Assembly: GCA_028534125.1 (NCBI GenBank)
Contig: CM052816.1
Coordinates: forward strand, 53,074,001 to 53,138,000
From: Lama glama
Taxonomy: Eukaryota
Reading direction: 5' to 3'
Length of the DNA stretch: 64,000 bases
Shown here piece by piece: positions 13,804-27,630 of the stretch (position 1 is the first letter of the stretch; every line of letters begins with the position of its first letter). The notes under the pieces are model-generated. The model had not been told where the DNA came from. It saw only the letters and a program-made list of their open reading frames with translations, and searched no databases. Position numbers and translations under genes: made by a program.

Positions 13804-15164
13804 AAAACAGAGCCAGCAAAAAAAGTAGGAGCAAAATGACTTCAGTTTTTATCTAAGATACATCAGGATAGCCAGACTGGTAAAGTGCTACTTCCTATCT
13901 TGCTGCTGCTTTTAACTAAACAGGTTGGAATTGCCCTAATGAATTTCAGGCTTTCAAAAGATCCTGTCGTATTTGTCCTGTCAGGATTTATAACCTAATA
14001 TAAAACACCTAGCATTCAGAATTCACCATTCTGTGGGATTCTGACCTACTTTTGTCAATTATTTTCACATCTTGTCTACCCAGGGACAGAAATATTACTC
14101 TGCTTTCTCCTAATAACACCAAATTAAGGTGATAATGGGTGCCTAATAGATGCCAAATTAAGCCCATTTCTGTAATAAAGAAAAATTTCTTTTGTGGATA
14201 TTTTTTTCTAACTAGACTCATCTTTTTATCTTGTTATCTGTGCTCTATAACTGTGTTACCATATATGCATATATATAGTAAGTCATATCCATATGACTTG
14301 AGCGTATGACTTACTTGATTGTTATACCTTAGGTAGAATGACTGTTTCAGAAAACAGGGCTAGAAAGCAGATGTACTTGAAGTAAAAGCTTCCTCAACAA
14401 CTCTAGTATGAAACAGAACAAAAAGGGCTGTTTGTTGAATATCTGCTGTGTGACAGGCACTGTGCTAACTGTTTGACATTTCATTTCTATGCATAGGGTC
14501 CCTGCCAAGGGTGTTCCTTTGGAGGGAGGATGAGGGAAAAAAGCTCAAATGTCTGCATCAGCTGTGTTCCCACAGCAGTCAGTCTGGTCCTCCAATCTAC
14601 TGTCAAAAGGTAGAGATCGGCTCATGTTGCTGGTAGTTTTCCCCTTGAGCTTGCCTGCCTTGCCTCTCTGGAATATCTCTGTTAGGACACTTCTTAACTA
14701 TATATTTTATATTTGCTTCTCTTGAACTTCTTCCTTTGGCCTCCTTTGGTGTTTAAAATGTTTGTTATCATTCAGTTGCAAATCATATTTGTTTGCAGTT
14801 GTCATAGTTATGCAGTATGTTTTAGTCCTCGGGTTTTTAAAAAAAAAAAAACTTACAGGCTTCAGATAACCCAAGCAAAGTATGTTTCATATGCAGAATT
14901 TCAGTCTATAAAGTTTAAGTAGCAAACAATTTATAAGGGCCTTGGGAAGACAATTCATCTCTTGAGTTCCCTAGTGGAATACGTTGTTAACCTGTAAAAC
15001 TCATCCCCTAACACTAAATAGTAGTTCAGCAGGATGTGGGTTTTGTAGTCAGTGCTGGGTGACTTTGTGGTCAATTCTGGCTCCACGGAAGTCAAGGCCT
15101 CTCCAGGTTGATCATGCCATTAGATCAGCCACAGAAGTAACTCATGGCCCTAGGTTCTTTAGAT

Positions 15165-15518
15165 GGGTGATACCCCTCATATAAATGGAATCATGTAATA
15201 TTTGTCTTTTTGTGTATGGCTTATTCCACTTAGCATAATGTTTTTGAGGTTTATCCATATTGTGGCATGTATCAGAATTTACTTCCCTTTCAATGCTGAA
15301 TAATATTCCATTATACGGATATACCACATTAAGTTTATCCATTTATCTATTGATAAACACTTGGGTCAGTTCCACCTTTTGGCTATTGTGAATAATCCTA
15401 TAATGAATGTTCATATACAAGTATTTGTTTGAGTCCTGCTTTCATTTCTTTGGGTATGTATCTAGCACTGGAATTGCTGTATCATATGGTAATTCTATGT
15501 TTAACTTTTTGAGGAAGG
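15165..15518 (-). mobile_element. L1 fragment (L1MA/MB-like 3' region)
   Basis: ataaatggaatcat...ttccacttagcataatg...ggaattgctgtatcatatggtaattctatgtttaactttttgagg; - strand ORF MDKLNVVYPYNGIL is typical L1-derived. Confidence 0.85.
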
Positions 15519-15659
15519 ATTGGGTTTGAATTGGATTAATTTAAAAGACTCAGAGCAAGATGCTACCTCATTGGGAAATCACCATCTTGGGGTTAGTATT
15601 TTGTTTACAGACCTTTAAGTGATCATTGGCCTCCTTAGTCATGCCTTTTACTCTCTTGC

Positions 15660-16730
15660 CTAAAACATTTGTTGTTACCACTTATGTCCCAGGCCCCATT
15701 TTGGAATAGAGACTCAAGAGAGCAGCTCACACTTTGGTGCAAGACACAGACAGGTAGTCTACAGTGTGTAAGTGCTGTGACAGGGGGAGCACTAGCACAA
15801 GCGAGCCCAGGGGTAAGAAGAGTCAAGAAATCTCTCTCAGAAGAGATGATACCCAGCTGAGTTTTGATGGAGGAGTAGGCTAGCTAGTTGAAGAAGAGGT
15901 GAAAGAGAATTGCAGAGAGAGTGTCATGTGCAAAGGCTCAAAGGTATGAAAGCTTTGGGACACTTAGAAGGTTAGAATGGATTAGTACCCTGAAACATAG
16001 ATATCAGGGAAGGGTATATGGCAAAAGATGGTGGTGGCGAAGTGGCAAAAAGTAGATCAGGAAGGACTTTGTAAAAGTCATATGAAAGGTTTGGGTTTTA
16101 TTCTGAAGGTAATGTAGAGAAATGGAAGGATTTTTTTGTAAAGAAGTGATATTTTAAAATAAATGTTTCAGAAGTCAAGGTAGTCATGCAGATCACAATA
16201 ATCCCTGTTGAGAGGCTGCATTATGGTAGTCGTACTGGGACAGAGAAGATGGACTATTTGGGACATACAATCAATAGGGCTTCTTGCTAGAATCAATAGA
16301 TGACAAAGAGAAGAATGCAGGGTGACTCCTAGATCTCTTGAGTTGGACAACCAGGTGAATGATCCCATTTACTAAGATAGGGAATTCAGGATGAGAAAGG
16401 GCTTGGTTTTGGTGGAGGCAGGACAAAACAAGATGAATGATGGGTTATTTCTGTTTTGAGTTTAAGATACCTATGGAATATCGAAGTGGAAATGTGAGTC
16501 TGATTGAAACTTAGGAGAAAAATATGAGCTGGAGATAAATATTTGGGGATTGTTGGCATACATAATAGTAATTGAGGGCATGGAAAATCGGGAGGATGCA
16601 AGATGAAAATGTCACTTTGCGCCAGGTGCAGGACAAGAGCTTATGAAAGAGACAAAGAATGACCAAGAATGATGAGTAGACCCCAAAGAATGGGGACTCA
16701 TAGAAGCCTAGAGCAGAGTTTCAGAAAGCC
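15660..16730 (-). mobile_element. L2 LINE remnant
   Basis: L2-like 3' end (aaacatttgttg...atgtcccaggcccc) and body (tgcaaaggctc, ggtttttattctgaaggtaatg, gagctggagataaatatttgggga). Confidence 0.7.
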
Positions 16731-17959
16731 AGATTGCACATGAGAATAAATAACAAATCAACCCATGTCTTGAGGCAGTGATGTTCCAACTGTGTTCTGT
16801 TAAGACCCTTCATTAATATTTGATTCATAAATATATTTTAACATAAAAATTAGATATGCAGACTATAACAAACTGAGATATGCAGTTTATAACATTTTAA
16901 AACATTGAAATCCAGCAAACATCAATACCAGGTTAACTGTTTCTGTGCAGATGCCAGAATAAAGCCATCTCTGGTAAATTGAGGAGCCCCTTGGTATTTC
17001 AAGGTGAGCTGTTAAAGAACTGCTACTGTTTCTTAGTGTGAATCAGGACTTGCTCAATACTGTGCAGCTGAAACGAAATACAGAAATAGGATCCACCTAA
17101 GATAACATCTGTCTTCCGTAAACCCAGCCTCAAATATTGTTAATGAAAGTAACTTCGCTTTTCTTGACTCATTATTAAATTAAGTGTTACGTACCATTCT
17201 TTCTGTTAATGTATTGGTTTTCCATGTAGCTGTCATTTCTAAAAGGTTGCAGAGGTGGAGGGCCACAGACAAAACGAAGCTGGCGCTTTCCCAGTAGAAC
17301 TTGGCTTACTATCTTTCTGTGGTTCACCTGCCTCTCCTCAGAGTCAAGTTCTAGAGGCTTAAGTGTATTACATGTATCTTTCAGAATGTGTTATTTTGAT
17401 ACTGAATTCGCCACTAGGACCAGATGATGTTTGTGTTTGCATTGCCATAGAAAGTCTAGAGTTAATGTTCTGTTATCTTAAATAAGATCCTTACTCCTTT
17501 TTTCATATTGGTTCAAAAATAGATAACTGTATACAAATTATCTCTGGTAGAAATGATCTCAGCAATGGCAACAACAACACAGTGCTCTTTGTATTTGGTT
17601 TTAGAATGCTGTATGGTATGTTTGATTTTTATTTCTAGTTTAAGTTAAAATTAGCTTGAATTCCTTGAGTAGACACGACTTGCACTACTTGGGCAACAAC
17701 TTAGAGCATGTTAGACATTCCAGGAAGAAAAGAGGAGCTACTGGTTTTCAAATTTGGCTCCAAATAATCCATAAAATTTGCAGATCACTTGTGAATTGTC
17801 AAATAAACTCTAACTTTTAAACCACTTTTGTTCATATTTTTCTATATAGTGATTAATCTTGGTCTCCTTTAGCAGAGCCTTTGTTTGGAATTGACTCTGT
17901 GCGTTAAAATCCCACGTTATGTGTAACAGTATGAAACAGAACGTCACTGTCCGTGGCAC

Positions 17960-18125
17960 TTGGCCGTCTCACAGCAGCTCACAGCAAGTTTTCACAGCAG
18001 TGCCGTGACTTAAGTGCTATTGTTATCCCCGTTTTATAGATTTTGTAGAGTCTGAGATTCAGCAAGATTAAGTGACTGTTCAAGTAAGAGGCGAAGGAGG
18101 CATAGAGCGCAGGTCCTCTGCCTGC
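17960..18125 (-). mobile_element. MIR SINE remnant
   Basis: tattgttatccccgttttataga...gattaagtgactgttcaag core. Confidence 0.6.
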
Positions 18126-19319
18126 TAATCTTTTTCCCTTCCCTCTCCATCGGCCCACACCATGAACTGCACGCCTTTTTTAAGAAGGCAGGTACAAAAT
18201 TTACCAATTCACAATATTTAACAACCTATCACTTAATGAGAAAAATTGTTCATTATCTGTTTCACAAAGGTATTATGTCTTTGAATACTTATCTCCCTGC
18301 TTCTCTCTGTTTTTAGGACAAAAACCCTTTATTTTCATTTTGATTATGGAAGTGGTTCATATGTGCTTTCCTTTTGCAGATGTTTTTAATAGTATAGATA
18401 AAGCAAAAGTCACCTGGAGCTTTCAGTTCTATCCCTAGAAATCACTACTCTAATCTGTTTGATGTATGTTCTCCCAGCATTTGTATATGCATTTATGTAC
18501 AACATGTATGTGCTTATAGAAATAATTAGTTTTGGGGGGAGGGAGTACATACATTTTATCAAATGCTGTGTCTTTTCTACAATTTGCTATTGTTTTACTT
18601 AATCTCTTTGAAAGATCTGTCCCAGTTGGTAGACATAGACCTACTTCATGATTTTTAACTTCTCCGGTATTCCATTTTACGGATTAGGTCATGGTTTATT
18701 TAAGCATTTCCATATTTTCTCCTTGCTTTTTCATTCTACCCCCTTCTTCCTGAACTTGATGGTACTTTGTGAAGTATTAGAGGTATTCAAGATTGGTTAA
18801 TACCCAGTTACCAAATGTCCCGCAGTCCCTCTCACATCCCCAGTCAGGATGAACTCTGGATCAATCAATTTAACTGAAAACTAAAACTCAAAGAAGTTTT
18901 TTAACCTGGTCTTGATGAAAATCTAAATTACACTACACACAGGCAAAACCTTGTGTTGTGGACGTAGTGGTCGTTCAATAACTGTGTTGAGTGATGCAAC
19001 ACACTTACTGCCTTAGAAAAGAGAAGGCTTTGATGTAAGCGTTTACCTTTGCTTAGTGACTTGGCCCACCAACCGTTTTACAGGGCCTCCATCTGGGACG
19101 CCCGGAGGACCCCCAGGGGTGTGTAGGACTGTTTAAAACACCAAGTGGTGTGCTTTACAGCCTTCAAAGTGGGGAAGAAGGATGCAGAATTAGAAAGAAA
19201 GGGAGAAATGGGAGCGGCTTATACTGCGGTATATCCAGACAGTGTCTCCCTCCTATGCCAGGAGCCTTTTGTCACTTCATTGGTAGTTTTGCTTCTGGTA
19301 CGTCCCCTGCCATTTGGCT

Positions 19320-19860
19320 GTTCATTCAGTCAGACGTTTTGTGAGCACCTACAGTGTTACAAGGGACTGTGTCAGCCACCGGTAATACAAAGGTGGTAAG
19401 ATAGCCCTGACCCTCAAGAAGCTTATACTCTAGCGAAGGAAGAGTGTTAACCAGTGAGTGCGGTAAGACATTAACCTTATCACAAGAGGGGTCATAGCTT
19501 CTAGTGAATATACAGACAGGGAGATAGGCATTGTCATTGAGGAGGTGGCATTTGAGCCAAGTTGTAAAAGATGAAAAGCCGACCACTTTGAGGATCCAGG
19601 TGGAGGGGTGGAGAGCTGAGGGGAAGGGGCGCATCACCAGAACAGAGCCACGCACCCGAATTCACTCTAATGTCTCGTGGCTTAGCCTGGACACCAGAGC
19701 AGACAAGGTAGACAGATTCCACATGGAACCTTGTCTTGTATCCTTGGCAATTCTGACTTTTCCTAAAGGGAGTGGAAAGCCACTGACCCTTTGGAGAAGG
19801 GAAGTAATGTGACTGGATTTACATTTTAGAGAAAGTGAGTCACTGACCACGGTATCAAGT
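19320..19860 (-). mobile_element. L2 LINE remnant (3' end)
   Basis: ttcattcagtcagacgttttgtgagcacctac...ccctcaagaagcttatactctag...gggagtggaaagccactga. Confidence 0.7.
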
Positions 19861-19871
19861 GAATTCAAGAC

Positions 19872-20010
19872 TATATGAGGTGATGGAGATGTTAACTGTC
19901 CTTATTGTGGTGATCATTTGGCAATATATAGACATATATCAAATCACCGTGTAACTTATGTAGTATTATGTGTCAATTATATCTCAGTAATGCTGGGAGA
20001 AAGAAAGGGT
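19872..20010 (+). mobile_element. Short L1 3' terminus
   Basis: tatgaggtgatggagatgttaac...gtggtgatcatttggcaatata...tatgtgtcaattatatctcagtaa. Confidence 0.75.
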
Positions 20011-21109
20011 TAAAGAAAGGTTTTGTAAGACCAGATTCAGGATTCAGGAGGACTTTTTTTTCCCCCTAATGGTAGCAATCTAGGTAAGAGATTAAAAAAA
20101 GAAAGAAAGAACTGGAAATTACAGGAAAGCAGCTAAACTAAATATGAGAAATGTTCGAGAGATATGTGTTGGGGTGATATTTTGAAAATTTTAGTTTCTG
20201 CTTCTTTCCTGGCATTTATTGCTCCTTTCCCTTCCTTGCACCACCCCCCCCTCCCAGTTCAGGCCAACAGCAAAAACATCCTCTTTTCTGGCCCTCAGGA
20301 TTCGGTTTTTCCTACAGGACTGAAAGAGTCAATTCTCTCCTTTTGAATTCCTCCCCTCAAATGAGATTTTTTAATAAAAGACCCCTCCCCCGCCCCATGT
20401 GATAAGGGAGAAAAATTGAAGGGAAACAAGATGATGAGAGGGTGGCAACGTCACTAAGAGGAGGCCCTGAGCACTGCCCCTCCCGCCAATGTACCAGTCT
20501 TAAATCTGAGCTTAGGGGGCATAAGCCCCAGAGACAGTGGAGGGTCAAAGAGCTGAAGACACCCATGCCTCAGCTTCCAGGTTTTGCCTGGGAGTCTTGG
20601 GGCCCCAGAGCGGCCCCAGGAAGCATCTGAGAAGTTTCCCTGCCTCACCCTCTGCAGCAGGCACAGAAGCTATTGGCAAAGGAGCCAGGGAATTGTGACA
20701 GAGGGTCACCTGCATGGATCTGGCACCAAAGACCGGATGGATATCTCAGAGGCTGTTGGTGCAGAAAAGTGCCGGTGACCAACAGTGCCAGAGGGGACCC
20801 AGCTATGTAAGCAAATGCAACATCAATGGAAGTAGATCAAGAACCAGGCCCCCTGCCACAACCCCCACCCCAGGTCCCCAGGTGCTCGACACTAGATGGA
20901 ACTTAACTGTGACCACAGGGAGGAGGTGGGAAACTGGCTGAGCTTATCTTGAATTTACAAAATGTTTCTGCAGCTGGGCAGAATGTATTTTAGAACAAAA
21001 CTATATTCTTTGCCCACCTAGTTTTGGCCTGAGAAAATATATCCACTACCCCACTACCAGTAGACGCTGCAGGACTTGGTAACTGTCTGGAGGACTTAGT
21101 AGGTTTCCA

Positions 21110-21370
21110 GATTTGGTTTGAAGAAATGAGGTCGGTTTGGACATGTTTAGTTTGAGGTACTTCTCCAGGAGCCTTAGGGATCTGAAGCTTGGGAGAGAAG
21201 TGTAGGCTGCAGAAATGAATTTGGAAGTTACCAGAAAACAGGCTGTAGGTGAAGCCGTGAGTGGATGAAATCGAACACAGGGTGAAGAGGACAGGACCGG
21301 AGCCCTGGAAAACCGCAACATGGAAAAGGGTGTGCAGAGAAAAGTCCAAAGTAAACTAGAGAGGAACTGG
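21110..21370 (-). mobile_element. L2 remnant
   Basis: gaggtcggtttggacatgtt...gatctgaagcttgggagagaagt...gaatttggaagt. Confidence 0.6.
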
Positions 21371-24300
21371 CAGGTGACACCAGATAATCAAACTGATAGC
21401 TGTCATTTAATGTTATACCAAGTCAGTAGGATGCAGCCCCGGGACAGATCATAGTTACAAACTCAAATTCTTTGTGACATCTCTTCTCCTTATTATCCAG
21501 GAAAATATCTTCCTCACGTCCAAACGCGAGGCCACGTTCTGGTTGCCTGAGGATGCCGGGATTCCGACTCCCGGCAGGGCCGCATCCGTGCTCCCCGGTG
21601 AAGCCTGGACCATTCCACAGAGTCCCTGCAGGGCAGGTCGCAGCTCGTGTTCACAGGCAGCACCTCTGTGTGCTGTGCCCAGGAGGTATCAGGGGCTTTC
21701 TTTTTTCACTCTCTTACTCAATTTTCCCTTTAAAGAGAAGATCTCTATCACATTGTCTTCAGAGATTAAGACTGAACAAATGTGTTCTTTTGGCCTGTGC
21801 TGCTTATTTCTAGGCACTAACAACTATATAAATCCATCATCCCCTTATCACCCTGGCTGCTAGGAAGTTCAAGACCAGGTTTTGGGTATAATTGTTGTAG
21901 TGTTCCCCAGATAGGAGTTCTTAGAATTCTAATTTTTTTTTCTTCCTTTCAGCCCTTATTTATTTGTTCCTGTTCCTGTTTTTGTTTTGTTTTGTTTTTG
22001 ATTGGTAGTTTGGCTTTTTTATACTAGTCTGATGATACTTTAATTTTTATAACAATCTACTTTAAATCTTTTTGGGTTTAGAATAGCTGCTAAAAAAATA
22101 AAGGATATGTCATCATAATTTTGCAGGATTTTTTAAACCTGTATCTCTAAGGCTGACCATTGGTCTATGTTAGGAACTGCTGTCTTCATTTATCAGTTAC
22201 AAAGTTCATTCTGATGAATAATTCAGAGAACTTCTTTCTCCATAGTCAACTCATATACTAATAATAGTGAAACTTAAACATGTGATTGCCTGATCACATA
22301 GAGCATTTAAGGACACAAGGTAACCCCAATGAAGAGATATCAGGAAGCCTTCCTCTTTGGTCTGTTAGCTCTGCTTCTCTCATGGCCATATTGGTTAGAA
22401 GGGTGCCACTAATCTTGGTCATTCACATAAAATTTTACTTCTCCATATCCCATGTCAGAACTGATAGCAAGATTCTTGTTCTGACTGTTGACCTATCACA
22501 AGCAAGAACTCAACAAAAATAAGTAATAGCAAACGTTCTCCTGTACTGCGCTGGGTTCATGACTTTGGGCATGTTTTCATTCATTGCATCTTTTGGACTG
22601 TCAGATCTTTTTTAGGTGCCAGGATCTACTTTTACCATCACAAGTGAGGAAGATAAAAGGCTCCTTCCAAGGCAAAGACTCAACTATTAAAAGAGACCTT
22701 GTCAAGACCAAATTTTTCCCCAAGAGTCCTGCCAAAGATTGCCCTTGGGCAGGATGCAGCCTCCTTCAGAGAGTGAGGAACACATCATGCAATTCTCCTT
22801 TTCCTCGATTGCCTACTAGATTAATCATTAAGCCACATGTGCCAGGTTAGAATGCAGTTACCAATCACCGTTGCCTTAATTCTCCCAACTTAGATGGCCT
22901 TGAGCCACCTGAACTGAAATTTGGGTGAAACTCTCCTTGGAATAGAGCTCATCGCAGGGCATAATGTAGCCTGGGTCCTCGGCCAATGCCTGCTAAATAC
23001 TAGTGCGGGTCCTGATAAAAAGAAAAACAGTGCAAACTCTCCTTTTGGCTAATTATTTGATCATCAAACCAAGATGTTTGAAACCCATAGTTCTAGTTTT
23101 AATTGATTGCATTCTATTTCAAAGAGCAATAGCTTCAAGGGAGGAGGGTAAGAAGTTTTATTAACCCCACAGCATGCTTTGGGCCCTCCATGTTAGGTCA
23201 TTTGGTCCTTACAACAGCCCTGGAGGAGCCCTGGAGAGGGCAGTGGTGGCTCAGCTTCACAAAGCAGCACCCAAGGACGCCAGGAAACCAGTGGTCACCC
23301 AACACCATATAGCCAGCAAAGGATGGAATCTACTTTGAAGGCAGATGGGCTTCTTAACTCCTGCTATTTTTCTCTACCAGACCTATTTTTCTTAGCCAGC
23401 TGCAGCAATGAGAGAAAAAGAGGCAGAAAGACAATCCAGAAAATGGAGCTGACTGCTCACTTAGGAAGCTGTAGCAAGACTGGAGCCTGGTGGCTATTGC
23501 TCGAGTCTCTAGGGAAGGCTCCTTAAGAAGACTTCTGAATTGGTGACCTTGACGCATTCAGTCCTCTCAATTCAAACCAGTTACTTGGTTCACTAACTGA
23601 TCTCAAGACTGTGCTACAACTTTAGGGTGAGAAAACGGAGCCCAGAGTCCATGCGGTAGTCACACCTCCCATCTAATGCCTTGATTCCTGAGATGCCTAC
23701 TTTAAACATAAAGGGGGAAATAGATGCATGAAGGCCGCATGCAATGACTGAACTTCACTCCAGATACAGCTGCCCACTTGTGCCAGGACAGACTAATTCA
23801 TGTGAACTCAGAGGAACCTCAGGGACAAGTGTTTGGAAAACCAGACCCAGGGGTTCTGGACGCTAAAAAATGCTGGCAGTGACGCCGATAGCAGTCAGTA
23901 CTCCGCCTACAGAGCACTCTCATTCCTGTCTCCTCAACCTCTGGAAAGAATCCCGGGTTGTTGGAATCCAGATCAAATAAAGAAGGGGCAGTAGTAACCA
24001 AGGTGATGACACCCCCCGACCCCGCAACCCGGAGAACCTCCTTAGCCTTTCCCCAGCCACACCCTCCAGTAGAGAACTCCTTCCACTTCAGCCCCGCTGG
24101 GATCCTCAGATTTCACAGTGAAGTTTTTGGTTCCACCTTCTCTAAATCCTGAGACAGTTTTTGTTGCAGATTGGGAGCCGGCAGGCTATCTTCAGAACCA
24201 GGAGATGTAGGATTCTTTAAAAACATGCAGCGGGGAGCATGAAAAACCTCAGAAATGCTTTAGAGATTCAATTTCATCTTCAAGCTACAAAACCAACTGT

Positions 24301-24775
24301 GTGATGATGGGGGCTTTGTTTTCTTTGCAGAGCCTCGGCTTCCTTTGAGAAAACTGACAAATGTGTAAATGTAACAAAGATGACACATTTCAATAAGCTC
24401 TTATTTCTTCCTCTTTATTATCTGGTTCAAAGAATTTTTGAATTTCATTCCAATTCTTTTCACTTTGTGTGTCAAGAGAGAGTCATACCAAGAAAGACTT
24501 GACCAGTATATTCTTTCAGTTCACAAATTCTCTTCTCAAAGTTTTTTTTTTTGCAAAAAAATGAAAGTAATTTTATTTGTTGTTGAGTCAAGTATTTACA
24601 AGTGACATGTTTTTCTCCTGATCTCCCTGACTGCAGTACTGAAAATGTCATGCGTCCAGTGGCGTCCCATCTAAAATAAGATTTGTTGTTACTGCTAAAG
24701 ATGATTTTACAAATATCCCTCCTAGAAACATGCTTAGTATTGACAACAGAAAGCAAACATGAATTGATTTTTTTT

Positions 24776-25683
24776 AAGGTCAGGTACTTTCTTTTTCCTT
24801 TTTTTAATTTAACATCTTTATTGTGGTATAGTTCCTGTAGACCACACATATTTCAAATGTACACTTTGATGAACTTTGATAGATGTATACACCAATGAAA
24901 CCACTACCACAATCAAGGAAGCTAACATTTTGATCACTCCCCAAGAGGAAGAATTTTCAAATTCCCAATTTATCCCTTCCCACACCCTTTAACCACTGGT
25001 AACCATAAGTTTGTTCTCTGTCTGTGAATCTGTGTTTTGTAGATAAGTTCATTTGTGTCCTTTTTTTTTTTTTTAAGATTCCACATATAAATTATACCAT
25101 ATGGTATTTTTCTTTCTCTTTCTGGCTTACTTCGCCAGATGTTCTCCAGGCCCATCCGTGTTGCTGCAAATGGCATTGTTTTATTTTTTATGGCTGAGTA
25201 GTATTCCATTGTATACATATACCACAACTTCTTTATCTAGTCGTCTTGTCAATGGACATTTAGGTTGTTTCCATGTCTTGGCTATTGTAAACAGTGCTGC
25301 TATGGACACTGGGGTGCATGTGTCTTTTTGAATTATATTTTTCTCTGGATATATGCTCAGGAGTGGAATTGCTGGATCATATGGTAAGTCTGTTTTTAAT
25401 TTTTTAAGAAACCTCCATACTGTCCTCCATAGTCGCTGCACCAATTTACATTCCCACCAAAAGTGTAGGAAGGTTCCTTTTTCTCCACACCCTCTCCAGC
25501 ATTTATCTTTTGAAGACTTTTGAATGATGGCCATTCTGACTGGTGTGAGGTGATATCTCATTGTAGTTTTGATATGCAATTATCTAATGATTAGTGATGT
25601 TGAGCATCTTTTCATGTGCTTGTTGGCTATCTGTATGTCCTCCTTGGAGAGATGACTGTTTAGGTCTTCTGCTCATTTTTTGA
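24776..25683 (-). mobile_element. Composite L1 insertion (older-type 3' end joined to younger L1 ORF2 end/3'UTR)
   Basis: ORF 25181..25579 encodes L1 ORF2 C-terminus ([14 protein letters not shown]...[22 protein letters not shown]). Flanking direct repeat ATGAATTGATTTTTTTT at 24759-24775 and 25684-25700. Confidence 0.88.
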
Positions 25684-26454
25684 ATGAATTGATTTTTTTT
25701 TTAATTAGAATTTTGTTAGCCTTATGATTTGGACTAAGTAAGAAATCTGGTCAATTAATGATTTTATTCCATTTTTATTGCAAACAAGAATGAAAAAGTG
25801 AACAAATATTTCCACACTGGATTCCTCTTGAATGAATTCAAACAAAGCTCATTACTAGTGGTTTTGCATTTGGCAAAGGTGTGAAATTGTCCTCATAGAG
25901 GTGTTGATTTACTCCACCTCAGCAAGGCCTGGCCCTTTGAGTAGGCAGCGCTGGCCCAGGGGAAGTGGCTGTCTCTGCACATCTGTTAGGTCCCATGGGC
26001 TTCTGGGGTTTGATCAGAAGCTCCTGCTAAAAACTATTTTTTCCCACCAGATTCTAGGTTGAGAAGATACGTCATCCAGTGTAAAAGATGACTTGATCAT
26101 TTTTAACTGTGATAGTGTGAACCGGGTTCTTTCTGACATTTTTTTTCCATGAACAACTCCACACACTGGTGTTTGCCATTCAGTGTTCTTCACATACGTG
26201 GGGCCTGCCAACATTGTCACTTGCCCTGCAACTCTGCTTTTGGCAGGTCCCTCATGTCCCCAGGCCCCTCCCGAAAATGTTCTATAAAATTTTTCCAACC
26301 TCTTCTTCCATCTCTAAAATACTCAACACAGTAAGAGAAGGAGAAGGTTAAGAACCATTGCCTCTAAAGAAACTCCAAGGTTTCTTTCACCTGAGGGCAA
26401 AGGCGGGCCTGTAAATCATTTACTGTCTCAAAAATTTGAGAACACTTTTTTAAC

Positions 26455-26960
26455 ACACATCTAGCATATGATCCAGCCTCCTAGCTACCTACTTAAGAGA
26501 AATAAAAACATGTCCAAACCAAAACTTGTATCTGAAGCTTTATTCACAATAACCCCAAACTGGAAACAACCCAAATGCCCTTTAACAGGTGAATGAATAA
26601 ACAAAAGATTGTTCATCCATAAAATGGATTACCATTGCACAATAAAAAAGGAACAAACTTCTCCATGCAATAGCATAAATGAATCTCGTTGTGCTGAATG
26701 AAAGAAGCCAGACACAGGACTACATGCCGTCTATTCTAGTTACCTGAATTTCTGGAGAATGCAAACTAATCTATTATGGTGACAAAAGGCAGGTCAATGG
26801 CTGCTTGTGGACTGCACAAGGGCACAAGGAATCTGAGTGGAGGGATGTTCTGTAGCATGATTGTGATGGTAGTTCTGTCACAGGTGGATGCAACTGTCAA
26901 CAGTCATGAAATTGGAGACCTTAAATGAATACAACTTAGGTAAATTGTTTCTCAAAGTTA
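26455..26960 (+). mobile_element. Old L1 3' region
   Basis: tatgatccagc...gctttattcacaataaccccaaactggaaacaacccaaatg...gaaagaagccagacac. Confidence 0.8.
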
Positions 26961-27504
26961 CCAGGGAAAATTTTTTGGTAAGCTCTTGCCTGTTAAATCT
27001 GAGAGTTGAAGAAATACATAATGGGCAGCAGATAAGTTTTGTGGGGCCATGATATTAAAAAAAAAAAAAAGGATTGATGAACCAAAAATATTCTTAAACA
27101 TTCTGGAAAGGCCCTTTTAGTTTCTGGGCAACCTATGGGAATTTGTAGGAAAAAAATTTGTCTTCTGGTTTCAGGTAACCACTAGAACAAAGAACTGCTT
27201 TGCGGGCTGAGCAAGGTCCTGGGCTGGGTGAGCCTTACTCGCAGCCCGTCTCCCCTCTGGATTCCTGAGAGCCAGCTGGCTCCGCCACGGCAAGTGCAGG
27301 GTGGCAGGCAGCTTCCTGTCTTTGCCAAGTCAGGTTCCTTCATACCGATTTCTTTCATTCTGCCTGAGGCAGTAGTGTCTACTCAGGGCTGGATTCCATT
27401 CTACTTTTTGAATGTCTGTTCACAAACTAGAAAACCGTAGGGCACATTCTTCCTTTCTAGGCCACATGGAGCAACCAATTTTAGCTGGCACCACTTGTAG
27501 GATC

Positions 27505-27630
27505 ACAGGATGTGGGATTTGGAAGGAACCTCAGAGATTCTCCTGTCCAACTTCCCAGAGGAGGAAGCTGAGGCCCAGAGAAGGTAAGTGACTAACCTAA
27601 ACTCACACAGCCCAAGCAGGACTATGAATC
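27505..27630 (-). mobile_element. MIR remnant
   Basis: ggaaggaacctcagagattctcctgtccaac...gaggaagctgaggcccagagaaggtaagtgact. Confidence 0.65.

Noticed and set aside
25181..25579. 132-aa ORF with Cys-rich motif (also 52929-53294)
   Set aside because: L1 ORF2 C-terminal remnants, not host genes.
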